Assembly (NCBI GenBank): GCA_038230255.1
Contig: JBBRNP010000002.1
Location: forward strand, 306,134-370,133
Source of the DNA: Chthoniobacterales bacterium
GTDB lineage: Bacteria; Verrucomicrobiota; Verrucomicrobiia; Chthoniobacterales; UBA10450
DNA length: 64,000 nt
Direction: 5' to 3'
Within the stretch, counting starts at the first letter, position 1. Every line of letters starts with the position of its first letter. Position numbers and translations under genes: made by a program. The notes under the pieces were generated by a model. The model searched no databases and was not told where the DNA came from. It saw only the letters and a list, made by a program, of their open reading frames with translations. Shown here piece by piece: positions 48,532 to 57,171 of the stretch.

Positions 48532-49299
48532 CTATTGCAGCCGATAAAACGCGGGAATGAAGTAAAACTTCACGTGCGTTGCGGAATCAACAGGCCTTCC
48601 ATTACGATAGGCCGGTAAGCAAAGCCACTGCTGAGCTATCTTAACCGCCTCTTCGCCATAGGCCTTTTTGTCCGCAGGGTCCACTCGTTCGAGCCGGACA
48701 TCTTTGATCTTACCTGCAGCGTCAACGTTGAGTAACAGGTCTGCGATACCGGGCTTGTCATCGGTCATCCAGGATCCAAACGGATCTTTCAGTTTTGCGT
48801 AATCGTAGTTTTTGCCCGGTAACCAAATTGGCTGAGGAGCGATGAAGTCGCTTTCTTTCTGTAACTCTGGGAGCTCCTGGTTTGCGAAAATTCGCAGATG
48901 TGGTTTGCCGTCCGTGACGCTAAACGCGAGCGTTCCATAGAACCAGGCCCAAGCGTGTTGACGATTGTAAACCGCCGGGATGAAACGCGCTTCCGAGAGT
49001 CTTTGGCGCAGTTCGTCGCGTAACGGTTCGGTCTCCTTGGTCATCCCCCAGACTTTAGAATAGGAAGGAAATCCATTTGGATCGACGCGTGCCATGAAGA
49101 ACAACGCGCCATGCTTCACACCGCGCCCCATCACATGTTTCGTGTTGATCAAATTCACCAGCGAGCGCGGACCGGAACCGACCAAAGCGGGGTGCATGCT
49201 GGAAGAATCTTGCGCGCAAAGTGAGCTGCTGCTTCCTGCTGCAATCGCAATAAGCGCCACCAACGTTTTCGCGAATTGAGGGGTAGTATTCATAAGCAA
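48532..49299 (-). CDS. Secreted hypothetical protein, possibly with TonB-C-like modules
   Basis: Signal peptide. The C-terminal segment (AVKIAQQWLCLPAYRNGRPVDSATHVKFYFIP) resembles the TonB C-terminal fold. Weak call. Confidence 0.4.
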   Translation of the reverse strand: MLMNTTPQFAKTLVALIAIAAGSSSSLCAQDSSSMHPALVGSGPRSLVNLINTKHVMGRGVKHGALFFMARVDPNGFPSYSKVWGMTKETEPLRDELRQRLSEARFIPAVYNRQHAWAWFYGTLAFSVTDGKPHLRIFANQELPELQKESDFIAPQPIWLPGKNYDYAKLKDPFGSWMTDDKPGIADLLLNVDAAGKIKDVRLERVDPADKKAYGEEAVKIAQQWLCLPAYRNGRPVDSATHVKFYFIPAFYRLQ

Positions 49300-49418
49300 C
49301 GGGGGTTTTTAATGAGAATCGAAAAATCGCATTTATCGGTCGTTTCTGCGACCAAAAAAAGCGCCTCGAATGTCGAGTTGGTCACGAGGGACTTGCTGTG
49401 TTTTACTTCCGACGTCGA

Positions 49419-49491
<73 letters not shown>

Positions 49492-49730
49492 GCCTTCGCT
49501 CGGAGCGCAGCGCAGAGCGAAGGCTGTCACGCCGGAGTCAGCGAAGGCGGACCCGTCTAGTTACATCTGGGCTTTGAGGCGCTCCGAGACTACGGCTTGG
49601 CAGGCCAGCAATGCTTCGCTTTGGAGCGGAGCGGAAATGCGAAGGCTGCCACGCCGTAGCCTGCGAAGGCGGGCCGTGTTTTGAACTTTCCTCGCAACGC
49701 TCCAAAGGCTACGGCTTGGCAGGCCAGCCA
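49492..49730 (+). repeat. Imperfect tandem duplication (~120 bp x 2) between tRNA-Met and the GIY-YIG gene
   Basis: Perfect 20-mer CTACGGCTTGGCAGGCCAGC at 49590..49609 and 49709..49728. GCGAAGGCTG(T/C)CACGCC at 49517 and 49639. A hairpin AGCCTTCGCTC/GAGCGAAGGCT starts at 49491. Confidence 0.7.
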
Positions 49731-49979
49731 ATGGATAAGTTCTTCTACGTTTACATTCTCGTTAGCGAATCGAACGAAAAGTTTCACTACACTGGTATCA
49801 CGCAAAATCTTCAACAGCGTCTCCGTGAACACAATAGAGGAAAATGCCCCAACAGTTCACCACATCGACCGCGGCAAATCGAAACTGCAATCGCCTTCAA
49901 ATCTGAGGACAAGGCGCGAGCATTTGAGAAATATTTGAAAAATGGATCGGGTCGTGAGTTCGCTCGCCGCCATTTCTGA
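49731..49979 (+). CDS. Small GIY-YIG nuclease superfamily protein
   Basis: FYVYILVSESNEKFHYTGITQNLQQRLREHN is the GIY-YIG signature. I chose the start at ATG 49731. The ORF-track extension to 49611 reads through the repeat. Confidence 0.8.
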   Translation: MDKFFYVYILVSESNEKFHYTGITQNLQQRLREHNRGKCPNSSPHRPRQIETAIAFKSEDKARAFEKYLKNGSGREFARRHF

Positions 49980-49993
49980 TTTTTCGCATTGAA

Positions 49994-51544
49994 ATGGTTC
50001 GGCGCATCTTTCTCATAATCGAACTCGCGATCTTAAGCGCGCTCGTTCTTGCAACACGCTGCACGAATTACCCGGACGTCTTTGTCGGTGGAAATATTTA
50101 TTTCACCGACGCCGATTGCTATGCGCGGATGACACGAGTTCGAATGTGCGCCGAACAGCCTGGGCTGATCGTTCGTCATCACGACTTCGAGAATTCTCCG
50201 CAAGGCACAACACCGCACACCACTGCTCCGCTCGACTATCTCATCGTCTCATTGTCGATCCTGCTGAAGCCATTCACCGCGCAACCAATTGATTTGGCCG
50301 GCGCCGTTGTCTCACCATTCCTCGGGTTGCTCGGGGGCTGGTTCCTTTGGTGGTGGTCGCGGCGAATGAAACTTCATTATCGCTGGGTCATGCTCCTGCT
50401 TTACGCACTCAGTCCTATTCTGGTTCACGGAACGAAATTAGGACGACCCGATCATCAATCGTTGCTCATCTTGCTCGTCATGATTGGCGTCTGCGCCGAA
50501 TGGGCATTTCGGAAGGAACAATCGCTGAATTGGAGCGTTGTATGGGGAGTAGCCTGGAGCTTGGCGCTTTGGGTCTCGTTTTACGAGCCGCTAGTCTTGT
50601 TTGCGATCGTTCTCCTTTTTGGCCTAACCAAAGATCGACATCTTCTTTTTGCTTCGCATCGGCGAATCGGCTGGATCATTTTTGGAGCGATCGTCGCGAT
50701 TTTCTTGCTCGTGGAACGGCGTCTTCCGACATTCCCGATTTTTCAATCGAGCGCGTTGTTCGCAAATTGGTCGCGGACGATTGGCGAACTCGCGCACGTC
50801 TCGCCCTGGAATCGAATTTGGTTCGCCTGGGCGAGCTACATGATTGCCGTCGCGCCGATTTTGATTTGGTATGCGCTTCGCAAGCGGGTACCGCCGCCAG
50901 GTTTTGTTCTGGCTCTTCTGCTTGCGACATTTTTGCTGACAATTTGGCAGGCGCGCTGGAGTTACTTTTTTGTCGTGATCTTTGCGATCGCGCTACCTGA
51001 CCTGCTGTCGCCGTTCAAATCGCGCGGCGCGGTCTGGACCGCGTTTGTGTTGTCGATGTTACCGATGCTTCGATTCTGGGACGCGCAAATTTGGCCTAAC
51101 GAGGCCGACCTGGCCGGCCGAATCGAGCACCGAAATGAAGCAATCCAACTCCGCGAACTGGCGATGACCATTCGCTCCGCCGAGACGCATCCATTCCTTG
51201 CGCCCTGGTGGTTGTCGCCGTCGATTGCTTACTGGTCAGCTCAACCCGGCATTGCCGGCAGCTCGCATGAAGCACTGGACGGGATTGCCGCCAGTGCCCG
51301 ATTCTTTCTGGCAAACGATCTCCAAAGCGGGCGTGAAATCCTTCGTAATCGACATGGGGACTGGGTCTTAGCGCTTGGCTGGGAGCGAGTCGGTCAAAAC
51401 TCCGCCGATTTCCTGGGCACGAGCGTTCCCGATCACGCACTCGGGCGTATTCTGGACCGGACGCCCGGGCAGGCGCCGTCATATTTGGTTCTTTCCGGCC
51501 AGAACCAAGCCGCAAAATTGTTCCGTTTTGCGGATAAGTTGTAA
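49994..51544 (+). CDS. Polytopic GT-C-type membrane protein with STT3/AglB-like motifs
   Basis: About 11-13 TM helices. The first loop has FTDADCYARMTRV (compare the DxD..Y..R loop of STT3/AglB). Later comes PWWLSPSIAYW, roughly where STT3 has WWDYG. Family assignment is tentative. Confidence 0.5.
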   Translation: MVRRIFLIIELAILSALVLATRCTNYPDVFVGGNIYFTDADCYARMTRVRMCAEQPGLIVRHHDFENSPQGTTPHTTAPLDYLIVSLSILLKPFTAQPIDLAGAVVSPFLGLLGGWFLWWWSRRMKLHYRWVMLLLYALSPILVHGTKLGRPDHQSLLILLVMIGVCAEWAFRKEQSLNWSVVWGVAWSLALWVSFYEPLVLFAIVLLFGLTKDRHLLFASHRRIGWIIFGAIVAIFLLVERRLPTFPIFQSSALFANWSRTIGELAHVSPWNRIWFAWASYMIAVAPILIWYALRKRVPPPGFVLALLLATFLLTIWQARWSYFFVVIFAIALPDLLSPFKSRGAVWTAFVLSMLPMLRFWDAQIWPNEADLAGRIEHRNEAIQLRELAMTIRSAETHPFLAPWWLSPSIAYWSAQPGIAGSSHEALDGIAASARFFLANDLQSGREILRNRHGDWVLALGWERVGQNSADFLGTSVPDHALGRILDRTPGQAPSYLVLSGQNQAAKLFRFADKL

Positions 51545-51572
51545 AAAATCTGGCTTTTACCCTTCGAACCCG

Positions 51573-51601
51573 TTGACAATGTGAATAACCATTACAATAA
51601 T
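51573..51601 (+). promoter_or_regulatory. Candidate sigma-70-type promoter upstream of the bactofilin genes
   Basis: TTGACA (51573..51578), a 17-nt spacer, then AATAAT (51596..51601). Confidence 0.3.
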
Positions 51602-51606
51602 AACGC

Positions 51607-52155
51607 GTGTTGAAGAAATTCATCCCGCAGAAGACGATCTCGTCGATCGGAGAAGGATCGCTGAGCTCGGGCGGTGAAGATTCCAACCGATCCGCCTACG
51701 GCGACCAACCAAAATCCTCAACAAACGAGTACAAAAAGTTTATGGCTGAACATTCCGGCAAAGACGTCCTTTCCAGCGACGTCGAAATCAAAGGCACGAT
51801 CAAGTTCCAAAAGGAGCTTTTGATCGATGGAAAAGTCGAGGGCGATATTAATTCCGATGGAGCGTTGACGGTCGGCGAAAACGCAGACATCCGCGCGGAA
51901 ATAAAAACAAAATCGATCACGATTTACGGCAAGGTGCAGGGGAACATTACCGTGAGCGAGCGTTGCGAATTGAAATCGAAATGCACGTTGCAGGGAGATT
52001 TGAAGGCAGCACGCCTGATTATCGAGGAGGGCGCGACCTTTATCGGAAAGTCGGAAGTTTCCAGCGGGATGAGTGTCAAAGCGGCATCATCCGGCAGCCG
52101 GCCAGAAGTTGTTCGCCACGAAGATTCAGCCAAGCCTGCCTTCGCGGCTCGTTAA
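51607..52155 (+). CDS. Bactofilin
   Basis: Bactofilin beta-helix repeats (VEIKGTIKFQKELLIDGKVEGDINSDGALTVGENADIRAEIKTKSITIYGKVQGNI...). The start is uncertain: GTG 51607 or ATG 51742. Confidence 0.8.
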   Translation: MLKKFIPQKTISSIGEGSLSSGGEDSNRSAYGDQPKSSTNEYKKFMAEHSGKDVLSSDVEIKGTIKFQKELLIDGKVEGDINSDGALTVGENADIRAEIKTKSITIYGKVQGNITVSERCELKSKCTLQGDLKAARLIIEEGATFIGKSEVSSGMSVKAASSGSRPEVVRHEDSAKPAFAAR

Positions 52156-52179
52156 GTTTGACCTTCGCCTACTGAAATA

Positions 52180-53016
52180 GTGACCAAGTCGTCGCCTGCT
52201 AAGGCCAGTGTGGAATGTCCGCACTGTGGCTTTAAGCAAATGGAATATGTGGCGGCGAAGACGACTATTTGCCGGCAGTGCGGTCGTTCCTTTTCTCCCT
52301 CGGCGCCCAAGCCGGGCCTGAAACTTAAAGACGAGTCCGCTGCGCCGGAGGAATTGCCACTTCATCGAAAGCTCGAGGGGATCTGGAGCCGGCAACGCAA
52401 CCGCCTCATTTCCTGTTTCGAATGCAAACGCAAACACGAGGTCAGCGATCAGGCGACATCGACCAATTGTCCCGGCTGCAGCGCGCACATCGATCTCCGC
52501 GATTACAAGATTACCACCAGCTTTAGCCGAACGATTCGGACTCGCGGTGACGTCCATCTCTTGAGCAAGGGCGATCTGAGCAGCACGAGCGTGATTTGTA
52601 ATTCGGCGATTATTGAAGGGAAACTCCGCGGCAATCTCGAGTGCGAGGATGCGATGACGATTAACCTGGTCGGAAAAATTCCCGGCCGCATTGGCGCTCA
52701 ACACATGACGGTCGAACGAAAATCCGACATCCAATGTTTTCGGCGCGTGCGGGTGACGAACATCGACATCAAGGGACGGATGTCGGGTGAAATCATTGCC
52801 ACCGGCTCGGTCACAATTCACAAAACCGGCACGCTGGACGGGAACGTGACCGCGAAATCAATCGCGATCGAGAAAGGCGGAATGTTTACGGGGCAATTGG
52901 CGATCGGTCAGGCCAACCTTACTCAAGGCGAGTTGCTACCGGAGGCGAAGGCAGCCGAAAAGAAGGCCGAGTCAGAGGTGCCCCTGGGCGCAACTCAGCC
53001 CTTGCACGCCACCTAG
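52180..53016 (+). CDS. Bactofilin with two N-terminal zinc-ribbon motifs
   Basis: CPHCG..17..CRQCG and CFECK..15..CPGCS, followed by a bactofilin domain (IIEGKLRGNLECEDAMTINLVGKIPGRI...VTIHKTGTLDGNVTAKSIAIEKGGMFTGQL). Confidence 0.75.
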   Translation: MTKSSPAKASVECPHCGFKQMEYVAAKTTICRQCGRSFSPSAPKPGLKLKDESAAPEELPLHRKLEGIWSRQRNRLISCFECKRKHEVSDQATSTNCPGCSAHIDLRDYKITTSFSRTIRTRGDVHLLSKGDLSSTSVICNSAIIEGKLRGNLECEDAMTINLVGKIPGRIGAQHMTVERKSDIQCFRRVRVTNIDIKGRMSGEIIATGSVTIHKTGTLDGNVTAKSIAIEKGGMFTGQLAIGQANLTQGELLPEAKAAEKKAESEVPLGATQPLHAT

Positions 53017-53027
53017 GGTTTTCCTCC

Positions 53028-53447
53028 ATGCGCAGACTGCATCCGCGCAGTCCGTACGAAAAACTCGGCGGCTACGTTCATCTCCCGCGTTTGATCGACA
53101 AGGCCAAGCTGCATCGCAAAGGATTGCTCGACGGTTACAACTACAAGACCGTCGGCTTCGACAAACATCTGCTCAGCTTTCTCAAGATCGACGGCGAAGC
53201 CTTCGAAGAGGCGGTTCATCGTTTGGAGAACGATGATGCGATTTTGAATTGGGTCGAAAAGAGCTGCGTAAAGCATTCGAGCGACGAGGTCGAGCACTGG
53301 AATCAAGCGATGATTTCACGGCATCCCGATACCGCGGCCAAAAAGGCGCGTTTCAGTCATTTTCTAAAACAATCGGGCGGAGCAGGGCGCAAAGACATCC
53401 GCACTTATTTCGACCTGATTGAGTTCGACGAGGGGCGTCTGAAATAG
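53028..53447 (+). CDS. DUF5069-like protein
   Basis: SPYEKLGGYVHLPRLIDKAKL motif. 139 aa, 11 nt after the second bactofilin. Confidence 0.5.
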   Translation: MRRLHPRSPYEKLGGYVHLPRLIDKAKLHRKGLLDGYNYKTVGFDKHLLSFLKIDGEAFEEAVHRLENDDAILNWVEKSCVKHSSDEVEHWNQAMISRHPDTAAKKARFSHFLKQSGGAGRKDIRTYFDLIEFDEGRLK

Positions 53448-53509
53448 GTAGGGCGGTTCACCCGAGCCGGACTGGCGTTCCGGGCGGTTGAGGTCAGTCG
53501 CCCCTACCT
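53446..53509. repeat. REP-like hairpin (AGGTAGGG...CCCTACCT) containing the CCGAGCCGGACTGGC word
   Basis: 8-bp outer stem. It overlaps the stop of the DUF5069-like gene and encodes the last residues (AGRGD*) of the convergent nucleotidyltransferase. Confidence 0.55.
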
Positions 53510-54264
53510 GCGAATATCTTATCCGCGTTCTCGAGCGTTTCTTTGCTGCCGATGTCGAGCCAGCGCCCTTTGATCTCGAAAGTGTTGACCGGTTTGCGGG
53601 TGTAAAGCCATTGCAAGAAAAGCCCCGGTTGGTCAGGGTTGTTTCCGGTCGCAAGATAAGTCGCGAATAACGGCAGCACTTCGCGCGAGTAATAGTAGAG
53701 CGCCACCGCGGCCAGCGTGCTCTTCGGTTTCTCGGGCTTCTCTTCGAAGTTGGTAATCACGCCTTTCGTGTCCACAGTCACAGTCCCGTATTTTTTCATT
53801 GCTTCGAGATTTCCAACATCGTGAACCGCAACCGTGGCCTGCGAACTTTTGCTCGCGTTCACAAAATCGCTCAGCGGTTGCTGAAAGAGATTATCCCCCG
53901 CGATCACGAGCAAATCGTCGTTGGTCAACTTCTCGCGCGTCAAAACCAGATTGATGTCGCCGATCGCGCCCAACTTATCGTCGTCACTCTTTGATCCATC
54001 ATTGATGATTTTGATGTCCGAGCCGGACCGGCCTTTAGCAGAGGCGCGTCGATCCTGGTAAACGTTGGCCCAGTTCTGAAAGTCGCCCGCGAACTTGTCA
54101 TTCGTCACGATGTAGACGGTCTTAAGCGTGGGAACTGAAGCGAGGTTATCGAAAAGCCACTCAATAATCGGTTTCCCGCCGACCTCTAACAACGGCTTCG
54201 CTTTGTTTAGCGTCAGCGGATAAAGCCGCGTCGCATATCCAGCGGCAAGAATGAGCGCGTTCAT
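53494..54264 (-). CDS. Sugar-phosphate nucleotidyltransferase
   Basis: MNALILAAGYATRLYPLT..KAKPLL is the N-terminal NTP_transferase signature. Confidence 0.8.
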   Translation of the reverse strand: MNALILAAGYATRLYPLTLNKAKPLLEVGGKPIIEWLFDNLASVPTLKTVYIVTNDKFAGDFQNWANVYQDRRASAKGRSGSDIKIINDGSKSDDDKLGAIGDINLVLTREKLTNDDLLVIAGDNLFQQPLSDFVNASKSSQATVAVHDVGNLEAMKKYGTVTVDTKGVITNFEEKPEKPKSTLAAVALYYYSREVLPLFATYLATGNNPDQPGLFLQWLYTRKPVNTFEIKGRWLDIGSKETLENADKIFAGRGD

Positions 54265-54321
54265 CCGAATTGCCGGACGATAAGCATTCGGCCCGAGTGC
54301 GCCAGCGCATTCCAGCGCGAA

Positions 54322-57072
54322 TTATGTTACAGCTCCGCCCGAAATAGAAGCACGCAGACGTCGCTGGATCGCGGCGATCCGGTGTGAGTCGGTAATCTTG
54401 GTCCGACTCTCGCGGTCGGTGACGTAAAATGTATCGATCGCGGCGCCTTTCTGGGTGCTGATACGCGAGAGAACGATATTTGTTCCTTCCTGCCCCAGCC
54501 CGGTCAACAAATCGTAAAGGAGGCCAACCCGATCTGGCGCCTCAATCTGGACCAAGGTGTAGGCGGGATGCGCCTTGTTATCGATTGCGATCCCGGCCGG
54601 GAATTCCAGTTCCTGCAGTCGTCCAGGTTTAATCTTGTGACGCGCTTGCTCGAGCAAGGGCGCAAACTCAAAAGTCTCCACTTCGAGCGCAGTCCGCAGC
54701 GTGTTTTCGACCAGATCGCGGTCGCGCGCCTCGGTGACGGCACGTCCTTTCGCATCGGACACGCGAAAAATGGCAAGAACCGTATGGTCGCCACGCGGGA
54801 AAATATCGGCGCTTAAAATATTGAGCGGCACAACCGAAAACGATCCGGCGATTTTCGCGAGGAAGTGATGCCGGTCCCAGGTGCAAAAACAGACGATGCT
54901 GTGTCCCAATTCGGGAAAAGCTTCCCAGCTTACCGCGGGTGCAAGCGGGCGCTCCTCTTCGATCGATCCGTTCTCGAAAAACGATCGAAACAGTTGTAGA
55001 TCGTGCACGATGTCGGGGACTTTCGATGCGCGAAAATAATTGTCCGGCATGAATTCGAAGTGCGCTTCGATTTCTTCCGCGAAATCGGGCGGCAGCTCAG
55101 TCGCCACCGCCGCTTCCAGGGACTCGCGCTCAATCTTGGTTTGTTCGTGATAAGATTTTTGGTCGGCGAGATATTGCGAGGTGGCGTGAAAGAGTTGCCA
55201 AACAAGCGACTCCTTCCAATCCGACCAGCCTTGTCCGCTCGTCCCCTGGCCGTCGGCCAGTGTCAGTAACATCAGCGCGTGCAGATGTTTTTGGCTCCGG
55301 ACAACGTTCGCAAACTCCGCGATCGTGGCCGGATCATCGAGGTTTCGTTGTTGCGCGGTGTTGGAGAGGGTGACGTGGTGATCGACCAGAAGAATAAGCG
55401 ATTTCCGTTGCTCCGGCGAAAGCTGGAGGCGCTTGGACACGCTTTGCGCGAAAAGAGCGCTCGCCTCTGAATGCGGACGGGCACCGACTGCCCGGCCGGT
55501 GTCATGCAAAAGTAAAGCAAGGTAAAGAACAAAAGGATCTTCGAGATTTTCGAAAAGATGACGATAAGCGATCAACTTCGAATCGTTTGTTCGAATCAAC
55601 GCGTCGAGCTTGTCGATGCAAAGAAGGGTGTGCTCGTCCGCGGTGTAACGGTGAAAGAATTCATGCTGCACCAAACAGGTTAGCTGGCCAAACTCCGGAA
55701 TATAACGGCCGAGATAATCCACCCGGTGCATGAGACGGAGTGTGCGTCCCACCTCGCCTTTCTTAGACAACATGTCTTTGAACATTTCGCGCGGCGCTTT
55801 GGCATACCGATAAGTGCGGGTCACCTGTCCGAGCGCGCGGCTGATCAAGTCCTCCATCTCGGGGCTAAGATCGACATTCTTTTCCTGCGCGCATTCAAAC
55901 GCTCGCATCATCTCCAACGGCTCCTTCTTGAAAATGTCCCGCTGATCGGTATGAAGCTGGTCCTGGCGAATCGAGAACGATCCCAGTTTTGTTTCGATGC
56001 CGCGCCGGAGCGGTAAAAACGCGAAGAGCGCGCGGGTCCCGCTGGTCGTATAACCGCTGGCAAATTGCTCGGTGATGCGTTCGGTCACACGAAAAATATT
56101 TCGGGTGTGTTTGTAATAATCGCGCATCAGCGCCTCGCTCGCTCGCTGGCCATTCTTTTCCCGGTACTGCAAGCGGCGCGCGATTTCTTCCTGCAGATTG
56201 AGGTGAAGGACGTCAGCCGCGCGCTTGGAGAAATAATGCAAATCGGTGCGGAGCCGCAGAAGGAAATCGTATGCTATTTCGATTCGGCGCTGGTCCGATT
56301 CGCTCAACCAATCCCGGCCGACCAGATGCGTTGTGGTCAGGGCACCTTCTTTGAAATACGACATCCAAAGTAAATTCTGATAATCACGCAGACCGCCGCA
56401 GCCGTTCTTAAGATTTGGCTCCTGCATGTAAACGCTGTCGCCAAACTTGCGGTGACGCGCTTCCTGATCGCGCATCCGCAGCTCGGCATATTCGCGCTCG
56501 GAGCCAGCCACGCATTTTGCGCGAAATTGATCACGAAATTCCTCGGCGAGCTCGCGATCTCCGGTCAGGAAACGCGATTCGAGCATCGCCGTTTTAGTCA
56601 GCATGTCGCGATTCGCCTGCGCCAGCGCCTCTTTCATCGAGCGCGTCGAATGCCCTACTTTGAAACCGATGTCCCAAAGTAAATATAGAATCTGCTCGGC
56701 CATCCCTTTCACATATGGAGAGACTTTGCCGGCGCCGTGTAAAAGCATCACGTCGACATCGCTAAACGGATTGAGTTCGCCCCGGCCGTATCCGCCCAAC
56801 GCGATCAACGCCAAAGAAGTCTTCGGCTGGCCGACGGCGGTGGTGGCCGCGGTAAAAACGTGACGCAAAATTACGTCCACCAGTTCACCGCGCCGCGCGC
56901 AGATTTCGCGACCGCCACCGCCGGCCTGATGTTTCAAACGAAGCCGATGCTCCTCGAGTTTGAGAAATTTTTTATAGGTCGAAAGGACTTCGGTTGGCCG
57001 CTGCTGACCGGCGACGGCAAGCTGGTCTTCAGCATGCGCCAGGACTTTCTCGAGATGTCGCGAGGTCGCCAT
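54322..57072 (-). CDS. glnD: [Protein-PII] uridylyltransferase / uridylyl-removing enzyme GlnD
   Basis: NTase motif GGYGRGELNPFSDVDVMLLH, HD domain (LLLHDTGRA) and two C-terminal ACT domains. 916 aa. Confidence 0.9.
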   Translation of the reverse strand: MATSRHLEKVLAHAEDQLAVAGQQRPTEVLSTYKKFLKLEEHRLRLKHQAGGGGREICARRGELVDVILRHVFTAATTAVGQPKTSLALIALGGYGRGELNPFSDVDVMLLHGAGKVSPYVKGMAEQILYLLWDIGFKVGHSTRSMKEALAQANRDMLTKTAMLESRFLTGDRELAEEFRDQFRAKCVAGSEREYAELRMRDQEARHRKFGDSVYMQEPNLKNGCGGLRDYQNLLWMSYFKEGALTTTHLVGRDWLSESDQRRIEIAYDFLLRLRTDLHYFSKRAADVLHLNLQEEIARRLQYREKNGQRASEALMRDYYKHTRNIFRVTERITEQFASGYTTSGTRALFAFLPLRRGIETKLGSFSIRQDQLHTDQRDIFKKEPLEMMRAFECAQEKNVDLSPEMEDLISRALGQVTRTYRYAKAPREMFKDMLSKKGEVGRTLRLMHRVDYLGRYIPEFGQLTCLVQHEFFHRYTADEHTLLCIDKLDALIRTNDSKLIAYRHLFENLEDPFVLYLALLLHDTGRAVGARPHSEASALFAQSVSKRLQLSPEQRKSLILLVDHHVTLSNTAQQRNLDDPATIAEFANVVRSQKHLHALMLLTLADGQGTSGQGWSDWKESLVWQLFHATSQYLADQKSYHEQTKIERESLEAAVATELPPDFAEEIEAHFEFMPDNYFRASKVPDIVHDLQLFRSFFENGSIEEERPLAPAVSWEAFPELGHSIVCFCTWDRHHFLAKIAGSFSVVPLNILSADIFPRGDHTVLAIFRVSDAKGRAVTEARDRDLVENTLRTALEVETFEFAPLLEQARHKIKPGRLQELEFPAGIAIDNKAHPAYTLVQIEAPDRVGLLYDLLTGLGQEGTNIVLSRISTQKGAAIDTFYVTDRESRTKITDSHRIAAIQRRLRASISGGAVT

Positions 57073-57115
57073 TACTTCCGCAATTCTAACGCGGCCCGGT
57101 GAGTGCCGCCAATTT

Positions 57116-57171
57116 CTGTAGCCGCTTCGCTCTGCGAAGCGCGCACGTCGCCCACAGGGCGACGGCTACAG
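57116..57171. repeat. REP-like compound hairpin (CTGTAGCCG...CGGCTACAG)
   Basis: 9-bp outer stem with two inner hairpins (CTTCGC-TCTG-CGAAG, GTCGCCC-ACAG-GGCGAC). It contains the stop codon of the ntrC-family gene. Confidence 0.65.

Noticed and set aside
52126-52821. 231-aa minus-strand ORF
   Set aside because: It is antisense to the zinc-ribbon bactofilin, which has clear domain repeats. Its Arg-rich composition is shadow-like.
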